Shown here: positions 45,592 to 54,362 of the stretch, piece after piece
Layout of the letters: each line of letters opens with the position of its first letter
Numbering within the stretch: position 1 is the first letter of the stretch
DNA from: a virus
Lineage: Duplodnaviria; Caudoviricetes
Reading direction: 5' to 3' (one strand)
Length of the DNA stretch: 59,386 nt
IMG/VR virus record: IMGVR_UViG_3300011335_000447
Location: 1-59,386 of that record
Program-made: the position numbers and the translations under genes
Notes under the pieces: model-generated
Seen by the model: the letters and a program-made list of their open reading frames with translations, nothing else
Told to the model about the DNA's origin: nothing
Database searches by the model: none

Positions 45592-46499
45592 TGGACTCAA
45601 TGCGTAAAAATGCTCAAAAAATGATGCCGCATATTATGGCTCTAAATAAGAATCCGACGATGGGCATGAAGAATGACCGTCAACCAGCCCCGGCTGTTAG
45701 CAAGCTCGTTGCCTTTGCCAAAGGCGGCAAAGTTATGGCTAAGGGCGGTGCCGCCGACATGAAACAGGATAAAGCCCTGCTGGCGCGTCACAACAGACTT
45801 ATGCACCCCGGCCAGAAGTCCAAGTTGAAGAACGGTGGGATGGTGAGTAAGTATGCAGAAGGTGGTTCAGTAAAAAAAGAAATAAAAAAACCCATTAAAC
45901 CTGAACCTTTGAAGGATTTGACTTCAGAAGATAAGAAAAAAGCCAAAATGGGCATTAATCCCTATCCTGGCCGTTCGGAAGACATGGAATATGCCAAAGG
46001 CGGTCCTGCCAAAAAAGGCATGGGCATTATGATTGGCATTAAATTCGGCAAACCCAAGGCGCACGCCAAAGGCGGCAAAGTTAAGGGCGACAAAAAGAAA
46101 GTCATGGGCACTGTTGGCGAAGCTAAAGCCATGATGGCCGCTTTGCAAAAAGCACGCCGCCCCGCAACCCCGATGCCGGGGACTCCCATGGCTGGCCTTG
46201 GCATGGCTCCCCCGATGGCTCCCCCGATGGCTCCCCCGATGGCTCCCCCGATGAAGCACGGTGGCAAGGTCATGAAAAAGGCTAATGGCGGTATGTCTCG
46301 CCCACTTCAAGCCCAACGGATGCAGATGCCTCCGCGCATGGCTCCGCGCATGGCTCCCTCAATGGCTGGCATGGGTGCCCCAATGATGAGAAGGGGTGGT
46401 AAGGTCATGAAGAAAGCCGCTGGCGGCGTTGCCAAACTTCGCAAGAAGTCACCAATGCCGAAGCCAATCAAAATGGTCAATTATCCAAGAGGTGGTTGA
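45591..46499 (+). CDS. Basic low-complexity protein with about ten xxGG motifs
   Basis: FAKGG, YAEGG, HAKGG, MKHGG, MRRGG etc.; K/M/P-rich linkers; SD aaggag. Confidence 0.7.
   Translation: MDSMRKNAQKMMPHIMALNKNPTMGMKNDRQPAPAVSKLVAFAKGGKVMAKGGAADMKQDKALLARHNRLMHPGQKSKLKNGGMVSKYAEGGSVKKEIKKPIKPEPLKDLTSEDKKKAKMGINPYPGRSEDMEYAKGGPAKKGMGIMIGIKFGKPKAHAKGGKVKGDKKKVMGTVGEAKAMMAALQKARRPATPMPGTPMAGLGMAPPMAPPMAPPMAPPMKHGGKVMKKANGGMSRPLQAQRMQMPPRMAPRMAPSMAGMGAPMMRRGGKVMKKAAGGVAKLRKKSPMPKPIKMVNYPRGG
46203..46250 (+). repeat. 12-bp tandem repeat x4 (MAPP)
   Basis: atggctcccccg. Confidence 0.9.
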
Positions 46500-46553
46500 T
46501 ATGTCGCGCCCCGTAAAAAACATTCGCCGTAAAGAAGGCAAAAACAAATAGCT

Positions 46554-46718
46554 ATGCCAGTCGTCAGCAAAAGCCAAAATCGTTTTATGCGTGCAGCAGC
46601 TTCCCGGCCAGCAATGGCTAGGAAGCTGGGCATAAAGCAATCTGTAGCTAAAGAATTTATAAAAACAAAAAAGGGTAAGTCGCTATCTAACTTGCCGGAG
46701 AAAGTGAAGAAAAAATGA
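46554..46718 (+). CDS. 54-aa basic phage protein (not in ORF track)
   Basis: MPVVSKSQNRFMRAAA..P...KLGIKQSVAKEF...LPEKV; ATGA overlap. Confidence 0.7.
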   Translation: MPVVSKSQNRFMRAAASRPAMARKLGIKQSVAKEFIKTKKGKSLSNLPEKVKKK

Positions 46719-47005
46719 GTGCAGACCTGTTGGCAAGGAAGGTCACGGCAAGGTTAAGGGAAATTCGGGAAGATAAAATAAACGCACTCCGAAGATGCAA
46801 GCCCCGCGCCCCGATGGTTATTGAAGGCGCAGCAGTCCCCGCAGCTACGGCTGAAGAAATTGCTTTTTTTGCAATAGATACGAACGCAACTATAGATGCG
46901 ATCAACATGCTTATGTTGGTCGTGGAGGAAGAGTACAAAAAATTAACAAATCCAGAAGACCCCGTTGAAGATATTAACCAAAAGGCAAGGATAAATTATG
47001 GCTAA
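46715..47005 (+). CDS. Hypothetical head-module protein
   Basis: Coupled ORF before GroES-like gene. Confidence 0.65.
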   Translation: MSADLLARKVTARLREIREDKINALRRCKPRAPMVIEGAAVPAATAEEIAFFAIDTNATIDAINMLMLVVEEEYKKLTNPEDPVEDINQKARINYG

Positions 47006-47477
47006 TTCAAAATCACTTCCATATGTGGAAGAACACGAAGTTAAAGAATCACTCACTATAATTAATAAACAATTTGTTGAACTTACCGGGAAAGAGTTCG
47101 GATTTCGTCCAGCCGGATATTATATTGCGGTTAAAATTTATGTCAGATCAGATGAGTTGTCGGTTATTGACATGCCCGATGGTTCAAAGAAAACTCTTTG
47201 GACGCCTCCAGTAATGCAGAAACAAGACGCACTTGAATCTTGCTGTGCGCTTGTTGTTGCTATTGGCCCCGGTTGTTTTAAAAACCGCGACACTGGTGAA
47301 CCATGGGCTGATGGCCCAACTTGCCGCATAGGTGACTGGGTTGCCATTCCTCGTGCTTCTACATGGCTGACGAATTGGCGCGGTGTGGCAATTGGTGTTT
47401 TGCCAGACGACAAAATTATTGGAACGGTAGAAGACCCAGCCGATCTTTCCTCTGTGTATGTTCCTCCAAAAATATAG
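46998..47477 (+). CDS. groES: GroES-like co-chaperonin
   Basis: RPAGYYIAV, LVVAIGP, CRIGDWV, LPDDKIIGTV. Confidence 0.8.
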   Translation: MANSKSLPYVEEHEVKESLTIINKQFVELTGKEFGFRPAGYYIAVKIYVRSDELSVIDMPDGSKKTLWTPPVMQKQDALESCCALVVAIGPGCFKNRDTGEPWADGPTCRIGDWVAIPRASTWLTNWRGVAIGVLPDDKIIGTVEDPADLSSVYVPPKI

Positions 47478-47486
47478 GCAAGAAAC

Positions 47487-48614
47487 ATGAAATTTTTACC
47501 AACTATTTTTTATGCTCCAGAAGGCACTGGTCAAAACTCTATTTCCGAACCAAAAGTTACTCAAAACTTAACGGGTGAAGAGGAGTTCAATGATGAAGAG
47601 ATTGAGCTTTCGGAGGGTGGTGAAGTTGAAGCATCTGAAGCTGTTGAAGCTCCTAAAGAGGCTGAAGACACAAAAAAGACGTTTAAACGCCGTGGACCAA
47701 AACGTTATGCAACGTTAACTCATGAGCGTGATGAAGCTCGTAATTACGCTCAACAACTTCAAAATGAACTTGAAAGTGAACGTCAACGCGCTGTTGAATT
47801 AGAGAACAAAGCTAATGAGGCTTCTAACGTAGCAATGCATAGTTATGCTGCTAAAGCTGAGTCTGATTTGCGCGAAGCTCGTTCTTTTCACTTGTCTGCC
47901 ATTGAAAGCGGCGACCCCGGCAAAATTACAGAAGCAGCAGAACGGCTGGCCTCTACCAAATCAACAATGGATGACGTTGAGGCTTGGAAAAAGTCTGAGA
48001 AGAACAAGCCAGCCGAGCAGCCTCGGCAGCAACAGGCACAGCAGCAACAAAAGCTGCAAATTCCTGAACTTCCGCCAGAAGTTAAAGGCTGGGTCATGGA
48101 AAACCGCTATTTTGACGCAGTTGAACGCGATAGAAATGGCGATGTTGTCTTTGACCGATCTGGAAGACCTGTTCAAAACCCTGATTACGACGACCGTATG
48201 CATATTGAGGCTACTTTGTTTGCTACCAGCCTTGAACGCGACATTACAAATGGCCAAGTAAACTTCAAAGTTGCTTCACCTGAGTATTTTCAGGCCGTTG
48301 AAGAGCATATGTCTCAAAAGTTTCCTGACTACTTTGGTGAAGAAGAACAAGAACAAGAACAGCCCAGGCAGCAATCAAAAAAAGCATCTCCCGTTGCTGC
48401 GCCCAGCCGTTCAATGTCGTCTGGTGGTCAAGCAACAGGATCGTCAAGTAAATTTAAATTAACTGGCGATCAAGTTCGATTTGTTAAGAAAATGGTTGAT
48501 AATGGTGGAGGCCCAAAATATCCACAAGGTCACCCCCAGCAGTTTAAACCAATGTCTTTTTCTGACGCTAAAGTCAGCTATGCTCGTCGTATTATGAACA
48601 AAACAAACACTTAA
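47487..48614 (+). CDS. Capsid scaffolding protein
   Basis: Acidic N-terminus, coiled coil, W...N..F, SPEYF, SPVA, KLT..Q. Confidence 0.7.
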   Translation: MKFLPTIFYAPEGTGQNSISEPKVTQNLTGEEEFNDEEIELSEGGEVEASEAVEAPKEAEDTKKTFKRRGPKRYATLTHERDEARNYAQQLQNELESERQRAVELENKANEASNVAMHSYAAKAESDLREARSFHLSAIESGDPGKITEAAERLASTKSTMDDVEAWKKSEKNKPAEQPRQQQAQQQQKLQIPELPPEVKGWVMENRYFDAVERDRNGDVVFDRSGRPVQNPDYDDRMHIEATLFATSLERDITNGQVNFKVASPEYFQAVEEHMSQKFPDYFGEEEQEQEQPRQQSKKASPVAAPSRSMSSGGQATGSSSKFKLTGDQVRFVKKMVDNGGGPKYPQGHPQQFKPMSFSDAKVSYARRIMNKTNT

Positions 48615-48628
48615 TAGGAGATTTAATT

Positions 48629-49126
48629 ATGGGCCGTAAACCGCGCAATTCTGAAACTCGTGAGAGTACCACTCGTGCTGCAACCAGTCGTTCTGCTATG
48701 AGGACTACTCACCAGTCTCGGTTTTATATTCCAAAAGAAGTTATTCCTAAAAACATGACCTATGCTTGGGTTGCAATTACGTTTGATAATGCTGGAACGC
48801 AAAATAAAGACAATTGGAACCGCAAATATAGGGCAGGTTGGAATCCTGTACCTCGTGACCGTCATCCTGAATTGTTTCCGCCCGTGCCAAATATTGGTTT
48901 TGGGTCAGACGACAGCGCACACATTGATGAAGGCGGTTTAGTTCTTTGCGAAAAACCAACCGCTGATGTAAACCGTGATAAGGCTACCCTTGAGCGAAGA
49001 GCAAGACAACAAATGGAGGGCACGCAGTGGACGCAATCTTCTGGGTCCAACCCATTTGCTCAAACGATGCCACGATTTGATGAATCTAAAACTGAATTTG
49101 GCCATAGAGCAGAATTTAAAGAATAA
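48629..49126 (+). CDS. Conserved head-module protein
   Basis: YAWV, GWNPV...HPE, GGLVLCEKP; SD aggag. Confidence 0.7.
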   Translation: MGRKPRNSETRESTTRAATSRSAMRTTHQSRFYIPKEVIPKNMTYAWVAITFDNAGTQNKDNWNRKYRAGWNPVPRDRHPELFPPVPNIGFGSDDSAHIDEGGLVLCEKPTADVNRDKATLERRARQQMEGTQWTQSSGSNPFAQTMPRFDESKTEFGHRAEFKE

Positions 49127-49133
49127 ATTACGG

Positions 49134-49170
49134 GGTGGTCAGGGTTAAAAAACCTTGACCACACCTTTCC
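49134..49170 (+). terminator. Hairpin / probable terminator
   Basis: tggtcagggtt-aaaa-aaccttgacca then ctttc. Confidence 0.55.
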
Positions 49171-49221
49171 CTTGCCGGAGTGTGTGATAAAGGCCATCCT
49201 GGCCACCCCACCATTTATGTG

Positions 49222-49250
49222 CTTACATACAGCTCAATTTATGGTAATGT
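49222..49250 (+). promoter_or_regulatory. Promoter for capsid genes
   Basis: CTTACA-17-TAATGT with TG extension. Confidence 0.55.
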
Positions 49251-49266
49251 AATTCTTCTTATAGCT

Positions 49267-49350
49267 CCCGCAATAGCGGGTTATCGACGCCAGTTACGTT
49301 ATCTGGTCGGGCAAAAAAGCCCGTTATCGACGGCGGTTACGTTATCCGCT
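49267..49350 (+). ncRNA. Candidate tandem structured cis-regulatory RNA in capsid leader
   Basis: Two units of hairpin-TTATCGACG-hairpin(loop TTACGTTAT) with compensatory stem changes. Confidence 0.6.
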
Positions 49351-49426
49351 CCGACCACAGGCAGTGGTAATCAGTAAAACCTAGGTTTTTGCGTCAATTG
49401 TGGCGCATCTGAACGGAGTATATAAC

Positions 49427-50029
49427 ATGGCTTACGGCGCAAGTGGTGGCTTTGGCCTCCAGCCGCTTAACAGCGGAAACGGTGTCACCTTCAACGGTGT
49501 TACCAACCAATACAATCTCCCCGCTACGGGCGGTCAGACGATCTTCCAGGGCGATCCAGTAGCTCTTTCCACCGCTGGTGTCATTATTCGTGGCACTGCC
49601 GGTTCAGCAATTACTGGTGTTTTCCAAGGTTGCAAATATCAAGACTCCTCGGGTATCTGGCAATTTGTAAACTACTTCAACGGCGCAACGGCTTTCCTTT
49701 CGGGTAACGTCCCGGTAGCGATGGTCATTGATGACCCGATGGCGCAATACACAGTCACTGAAGGTGATGGTACAGGCGCTTCTGGCACTCCTCTGGCCGC
49801 TTCGGCCCCTGGATTGAACGCCAATTTCCTGTACACGGCTGGCAGTACCCGAACGGGCGTTTCAGCCGTTACGCTTAACAATTCAACTGCAAGCTCTGCT
49901 TCTGGCCTTAACATGCGGGTAACTTCTATTGATCCTCGCGTTGGTAATGCTGTTGGCGCGTTCGCTAACTGGATTGTTCAAATCAACAATGGCCAGCGTT
50001 CTGCTGGAACACCGGGGCATATTATTTAG
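49427..50029 (+). CDS. Capsid decoration / minor capsid protein
   Basis: FGLQP, IFQGDPV, GVFQGC.Y, DDP; SD ggag; directly before MCP. Confidence 0.75.
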   Translation: MAYGASGGFGLQPLNSGNGVTFNGVTNQYNLPATGGQTIFQGDPVALSTAGVIIRGTAGSAITGVFQGCKYQDSSGIWQFVNYFNGATAFLSGNVPVAMVIDDPMAQYTVTEGDGTGASGTPLAASAPGLNANFLYTAGSTRTGVSAVTLNNSTASSASGLNMRVTSIDPRVGNAVGAFANWIVQINNGQRSAGTPGHII

Positions 50030-50061
50030 TCCCGTAACGCTTTTGGCCTAGGAGCAAACAT

Positions 50062-50967
50062 ATGACTATTAATACCAGTTCAATCCAACAACTTCTCCGC
50101 CCAGGTTTGGCGGAAGTTTTTGGTGATTATCCAATGTATCCTGCTGAATACACGGAAATCTTTACCACCCAAACTTCAGATAAAGCAGTTGAAATCGAAG
50201 TTGAAATGAAACTGCTTGGCCTCGCCTCGATCAAAGGTGAAGGAGCGCCAACGCAGTTCCAAGACATGGGACAGCGCGTTATCTCGACCTACTACCACCG
50301 CTACACTAGCGTTGGTTTCATCATCACCCGTCAGGCGATGAAGGACAATCTGTATGAGTCGCAGTTCCCACTTCAAGCGCAGTCTCTCCGTAATTCAATG
50401 CTGCAAAGCAAAGAAGTCAACGGCGCGTCAGTCTTGAACAACGGCTTCTCTTCCTCGTTCCCCGGTGGCGATGGTCAGCCTCTCTTCTCGACCGCGCACC
50501 CGATTGATACTGGCACGTTCGCCAACACGCCAAGCGTGCAGGTGGACTTGAACGAATCGTCGCTGCAAGACGCTATCGTAACTATCTCGCAGTTCCGCGA
50601 TCAAGCTGGCCTCATCACGATGACGAAGCCAACCAAACTGATTGTTCCGCCGCAGCTTCAGTTCACGGCTGACCGTATCCTGCATTCTCAATTCCGCACG
50701 GGTACTGCCAACAACGACATCAATGCAATCTACAACATTGGTGCCGTGCCACAGGGCTATCGCGTCAACCACTTCTTGACCGATACCAATGGCTGGTTCC
50801 TCATGACTGACGCACCCAATGGTTTGAAACATTACGTTCGTGAAGCTTTGGAAACTGACGTTTTCACTGATTTTACCAGTGACAATTTGTTAGCCAAAGC
50901 TATCGAGCGTTATTCGTTCGGTTGGTCTAATCCGCGTGGTTCGTTTGGCAGCTCGGGCGCTACCTAA
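50062..50967 (+). CDS. Major capsid protein
   Basis: LRPGL, K.EG, DNLY, KE..GA.VLN, DGQPLFS.AHP, KLIVPP.L, ERYSFGWS.PRG. Confidence 0.9.
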   Translation: MTINTSSIQQLLRPGLAEVFGDYPMYPAEYTEIFTTQTSDKAVEIEVEMKLLGLASIKGEGAPTQFQDMGQRVISTYYHRYTSVGFIITRQAMKDNLYESQFPLQAQSLRNSMLQSKEVNGASVLNNGFSSSFPGGDGQPLFSTAHPIDTGTFANTPSVQVDLNESSLQDAIVTISQFRDQAGLITMTKPTKLIVPPQLQFTADRILHSQFRTGTANNDINAIYNIGAVPQGYRVNHFLTDTNGWFLMTDAPNGLKHYVREALETDVFTDFTSDNLLAKAIERYSFGWSNPRGSFGSSGAT

Positions 50968-50992
50968 TAACCCCGAAGGTTAAATAGAGAAC

Positions 50993-51030
50993 AGGGTCAT
51001 CGTGCCGCAAAAAGGTGCGGTGACCCTTTT
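50993..51030 (+). terminator. Intrinsic terminator after MCP
   Basis: agggtcatcg.../...cggtgaccct-ttt. Confidence 0.75.
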
Positions 51031-51054
51031 CACAACAAACAGTGAGGCGTCATT

Positions 51055-51810
51055 ATGACAACTTTCTTTGATAGCATCAAAATGGGGCGTGCGGTTTATA
51101 ACCGCAATTCCGTCCCTTCTACTGGGTATATGGAGGACGAAATTTATGGCGTCCCGCTGACTCAGACTTACGTTTACCAAGTGGGTACAGCGTCCACTTC
51201 TTTGGCCAGCGGCGTGTTCTATGCGTCGTCTGCCATTGCGGGTACGTTGACCGGCACGGGCGCTTTGGTCAGCAGCGGCGTTGCTACCTTTGACGTTCCG
51301 CGTTGCGTGTCCATTACGGCTTCCAGCAATATGTCAACGACGACATTTACCTTTCAAGGTACGGATGCGTATGGTGCGCCACTTACTGCGTCTGTGCTTG
51401 GCCCGACCGGCAATACCTTCGGCAATTCTGGTTCTGTTGTTAATACGCTTTCGGCCTTTAAGACCGTCACCACCGCATCTGCGAATGGCGCGGCCACTGG
51501 CCTGTTGGCGATTGGTAACTCGGATACCTACGGCTTGCCTTATCGCCTTTCTAACGTTGGCGAAGCTCTTGGGGCTTATATTAACGGTGGAACGGCGTCG
51601 ATTGCTCCGACTTACACCGCTGGTTTGGCTGCTACGGGCGTTGCTACTGCGACCACCGCTGATGTTCGTGGAACGGTTGCACTGGCTACGGCTGTTCTGG
51701 CCAACGGCTCCAGGTACGTCACCTTCCAGTTTATCACCCCGAACGATGGGACTTTGGCTGGCAGCGATACCAAAGAAAATACGTATGGCGTAACGCCATA
51801 TTCTGGTTAA
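51055..51810 (+). CDS. T/S/A/G-rich virion protein (decoration-like)
   Basis: DVPR.V, GTD.YG, AFKTV, D..GLP, DVRGT. Confidence 0.7.
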   Translation: MTTFFDSIKMGRAVYNRNSVPSTGYMEDEIYGVPLTQTYVYQVGTASTSLASGVFYASSAIAGTLTGTGALVSSGVATFDVPRCVSITASSNMSTTTFTFQGTDAYGAPLTASVLGPTGNTFGNSGSVVNTLSAFKTVTTASANGAATGLLAIGNSDTYGLPYRLSNVGEALGAYINGGTASIAPTYTAGLAATGVATATTADVRGTVALATAVLANGSRYVTFQFITPNDGTLAGSDTKENTYGVTPYSG

Positions 51811-51818
51811 ATGTAAAT

Positions 51819-51853
51819 CGCCGGGGTGTGGCCGTCATGCCCCGGCGTTTATT
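51819..51853 (+). terminator. Intrinsic terminator
   Basis: cgccgggg/ccccggcg then tttatt. Confidence 0.7.
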
Positions 51854-51884
51854 ATTGACGGCAAACTAGGCAAGGAAATAACCC

Positions 51885-52799
51885 GTGACAGAATCTCATT
51901 TAGCTCAAGCAGCACCTACAGCGATCATGCACGCCCCGACTCGTAAGGCGGTCAACATTATTGCTATGGGTTCAAGCCGTTCCGACTTCTTCCAGGCGCA
52001 GCTTATGGAAACGCGCCCTGAAATCCTGCAAAACGCGGAAACGTGGTGCATTAACTATATGGGCGCACAAATTCGTTGCGATCGTATTATTCACGTTGAC
52101 CCCGTTCACCCCTATTTGGGCCACCCCGTTGTCCGTGATATGTGCGAATACGCGCTGAAGGACAACACCCCGTTCTATACGTCGTGGCCGCACCCGCGTT
52201 ATCCCAACCATGTCGTTTACCCGTTTGCTCGGGTTATGGCTTCGTTTGGCGGAATCACCTATTACAACACCAGCGTTTCGTATGCTATCGCGCTGGCTTT
52301 GGCCGATGGGTTTAACGAAATCGGCCTGTTTGGGTGCGATTTCTCATATCCTGATGTGCATTTAGCTGAATCTGGCCGTGCGTGTTGCGAGTTCTACATG
52401 GGTATTGGTACTCAGCGCGGTGTTCGTTTTGCCGTTGCCCAGAACTCAACACTGATGGATATGTACAACCGCCAGCAGCCCTATGGCTGGTTTGTTGACC
52501 CCAACCATCCCCCTGGCATGGGTGGAAAAATAATGACTGCTCAACAGATTTTAGCTCATGAAGAGCGCATTAAGAATCCGCCTAAACTAGCTGCTCAGTT
52601 TCAAGTAATACAAGTGGCTAGCCCTTCAGTTATTCAGCCAATTGCGGCTCCGCAGCCAGCTATGGGTGTTGGCGGAGAACATGCTATGTATGATGCTATG
52701 TTGGGAGGGCCACTCCCATTAAGAAATGGCCATGACCCTTCTTCTATTGGAGTAGCAAATGCGCCCAGTAATATTCAGTTTCCCCACACAAACGGTTAA
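51885..52799 (+). CDS. Putative nonulosonyl/sialyltransferase-like protein (Maf/DUF115, Cst-II GT42, GT29-like fold)
   Basis: VNIIAMGSS, WCIN, HVD, NTSVSYAIALALADGFNEIGLFGCDFSY. Confidence 0.65.
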   Translation: MTESHLAQAAPTAIMHAPTRKAVNIIAMGSSRSDFFQAQLMETRPEILQNAETWCINYMGAQIRCDRIIHVDPVHPYLGHPVVRDMCEYALKDNTPFYTSWPHPRYPNHVVYPFARVMASFGGITYYNTSVSYAIALALADGFNEIGLFGCDFSYPDVHLAESGRACCEFYMGIGTQRGVRFAVAQNSTLMDMYNRQQPYGWFVDPNHPPGMGGKIMTAQQILAHEERIKNPPKLAAQFQVIQVASPSVIQPIAAPQPAMGVGGEHAMYDAMLGGPLPLRNGHDPSSIGVANAPSNIQFPHTNG

Positions 52800-53409
52800 C
52801 AGCGTTTGTGCTACGCAGACGACTACGGCCACAGATCAGCTTCTTGTTCTTAATGGATCGTTGTCTAATTTTAACGCTGGTGTAACGCCTTTTGCGGTGA
52901 CTGTAGCGCCCGGTATTCAGCGGTCGATTACGCTTACATCAACGGGAAACATTAGCTCATCGACCTTTACAATTTCGGGTATTGATACGTCTGGGTATGC
53001 TGTATCTACAACGCTTACTGGGCCAAACAATGCTACGGCCACGACTGTGGCTGAATTCTTCAAAGTCACAGCAATCTCAGTTGGGACTATTGCAACCACA
53101 GCTTTCACGGCTGGTGTCGGAATTACCGGCACCAGTCGCTGGGCTGTTGTTGATACTTTCCAGAACCCAGTGGTTGTGACGGTAGCAATCAATACGGCCA
53201 CAAGTGCGCCGGTTTCTATCCAGCACACTTTTGACCCGATTTCTACGTCCACAAGCCCAATGATAATCGCAGCTACTGGGTTGACGAGTATTACAACTTC
53301 TACAAACCTTAGCTACTCCGAAAACGCCACGGCTTATCGTGCCATCTTTATTGCAACCGGCACGGCAACTGGCGCGGCTCAAGTCAATATTATCCAATCG
53401 GGGTACTAA
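52759..53409 (+). CDS. Thr/Ser-rich virion protein
   Basis: Beta-rich, FTISG.D..G, GPN, IQSG end. Confidence 0.7.
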   Translation: MRPVIFSFPTQTVNSVCATQTTTATDQLLVLNGSLSNFNAGVTPFAVTVAPGIQRSITLTSTGNISSSTFTISGIDTSGYAVSTTLTGPNNATATTVAEFFKVTAISVGTIATTAFTAGVGITGTSRWAVVDTFQNPVVVTVAINTATSAPVSIQHTFDPISTSTSPMIIAATGLTSITTSTNLSYSENATAYRAIFIATGTATGAAQVNIIQSGY

Positions 53410-53414
53410 CCCCG

Positions 53415-53669
53415 ATGGCCCGTGGCAAGAAAGATCAAATGCGCGGGATGACTGTTTCAGGCGGCTACAAGTTGTCTGTAGCTAAGGGCGCTGGTTTGAC
53501 CGCTAAGGGTAGGGCTTCAATCAATCGGCGCACAGGGAGCAATTTAAAGCCCCCTGCGCCGAACCCTAAGAGCAAAGCTGATGCTGGCCGTAAAAAAAGC
53601 TTTTGCGCTAGGTCACGAAGCTGGAATGGTGAACGTGGCAAAGCCGCTAGAAAAAGGTGGGCTTGTTAG
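53415..53669 (+). CDS. Small basic protein (DUF6321-like)
   Basis: GLTAKGR...GSNLKPP...RKKSFCAR...W.C. Confidence 0.75.
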   Translation: MARGKKDQMRGMTVSGGYKLSVAKGAGLTAKGRASINRRTGSNLKPPAPNPKSKADAGRKKSFCARSRSWNGERGKAARKRWAC

Positions 53670-54362
53670 ATGACGCTTACCGGCACATATGATTTTGGCG
53701 TTAATACCGAGCTTGATAGCGTAATCGTTGAGGCTTACGAACGTATGGGCCGTGAGGCTTCAGACTTGTCGGCCAATGACGTACAGAGTGCTATTCGTAG
53801 CCTTAGCTATCTGTGTGCAGAATGGGCTAATAAGGGTGTTAACCTTTGGGAAGTCACGCTTAACAGTTCAGCCCTGACTTTGGGCCAGACAAGCCTAACG
53901 CTGAACTCGAAGAACGTGGAAATGTTCCAAGTCTACCGGCGCACCACCAGCGGCGGGATTAACACGGACATTATGCTCTCGCCCATCAGTAGGGCGGATT
54001 ATGCGTCTATCCCCAACAAACAGCAGCAAGCCCCACCGACTCAGTACTACTTTGAGCGCACCATTACGCCGACAGTGTACTTTTGGCCTACGCCAGACCT
54101 ATCAACCTATACGTTGTTTTATTACACCATGAACTTCACGCAAGACCCAGGGAACCCAACTAATACCCTGGATGTTCCCCAGCGTTGGTTTGATGCTATG
54201 GCAGCGGGTATGGCTGCACGTTTAGCGGTGAAATGGGCACCTGAGAAGGCTAGTCTGCTGCAAGGGCTGGCAGAGATAGCCTACCAAGCCGCTGCTGCTG
54301 AAGACCGCGAAAAGGTGCCTACGGTCATTAAACCCAGCATGTTGTATGGCAGGTGGGCATGA
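53670..54362 (+). CDS. Head-tail adaptor protein
   Basis: EAYER.G, RSL, EWANKGVNLW, ISR.DY..IPNK, PTQY, WPTPD. Confidence 0.75.
   Translation: MTLTGTYDFGVNTELDSVIVEAYERMGREASDLSANDVQSAIRSLSYLCAEWANKGVNLWEVTLNSSALTLGQTSLTLNSKNVEMFQVYRRTTSGGINTDIMLSPISRADYASIPNKQQQAPPTQYYFERTITPTVYFWPTPDLSTYTLFYYTMNFTQDPGNPTNTLDVPQRWFDAMAAGMAARLAVKWAPEKASLLQGLAEIAYQAAAAEDREKVPTVIKPSMLYGRWA

Noticed and set aside
46998-47477. GroES as a novelty
   Set aside because: Phage co-chaperonins in head modules are well known
49267-49350. Guanidine-II riboswitch
   Set aside because: That class needs ACGR tetraloops; the loops here are 9-nt TTACGTTAT and the context is unrelated
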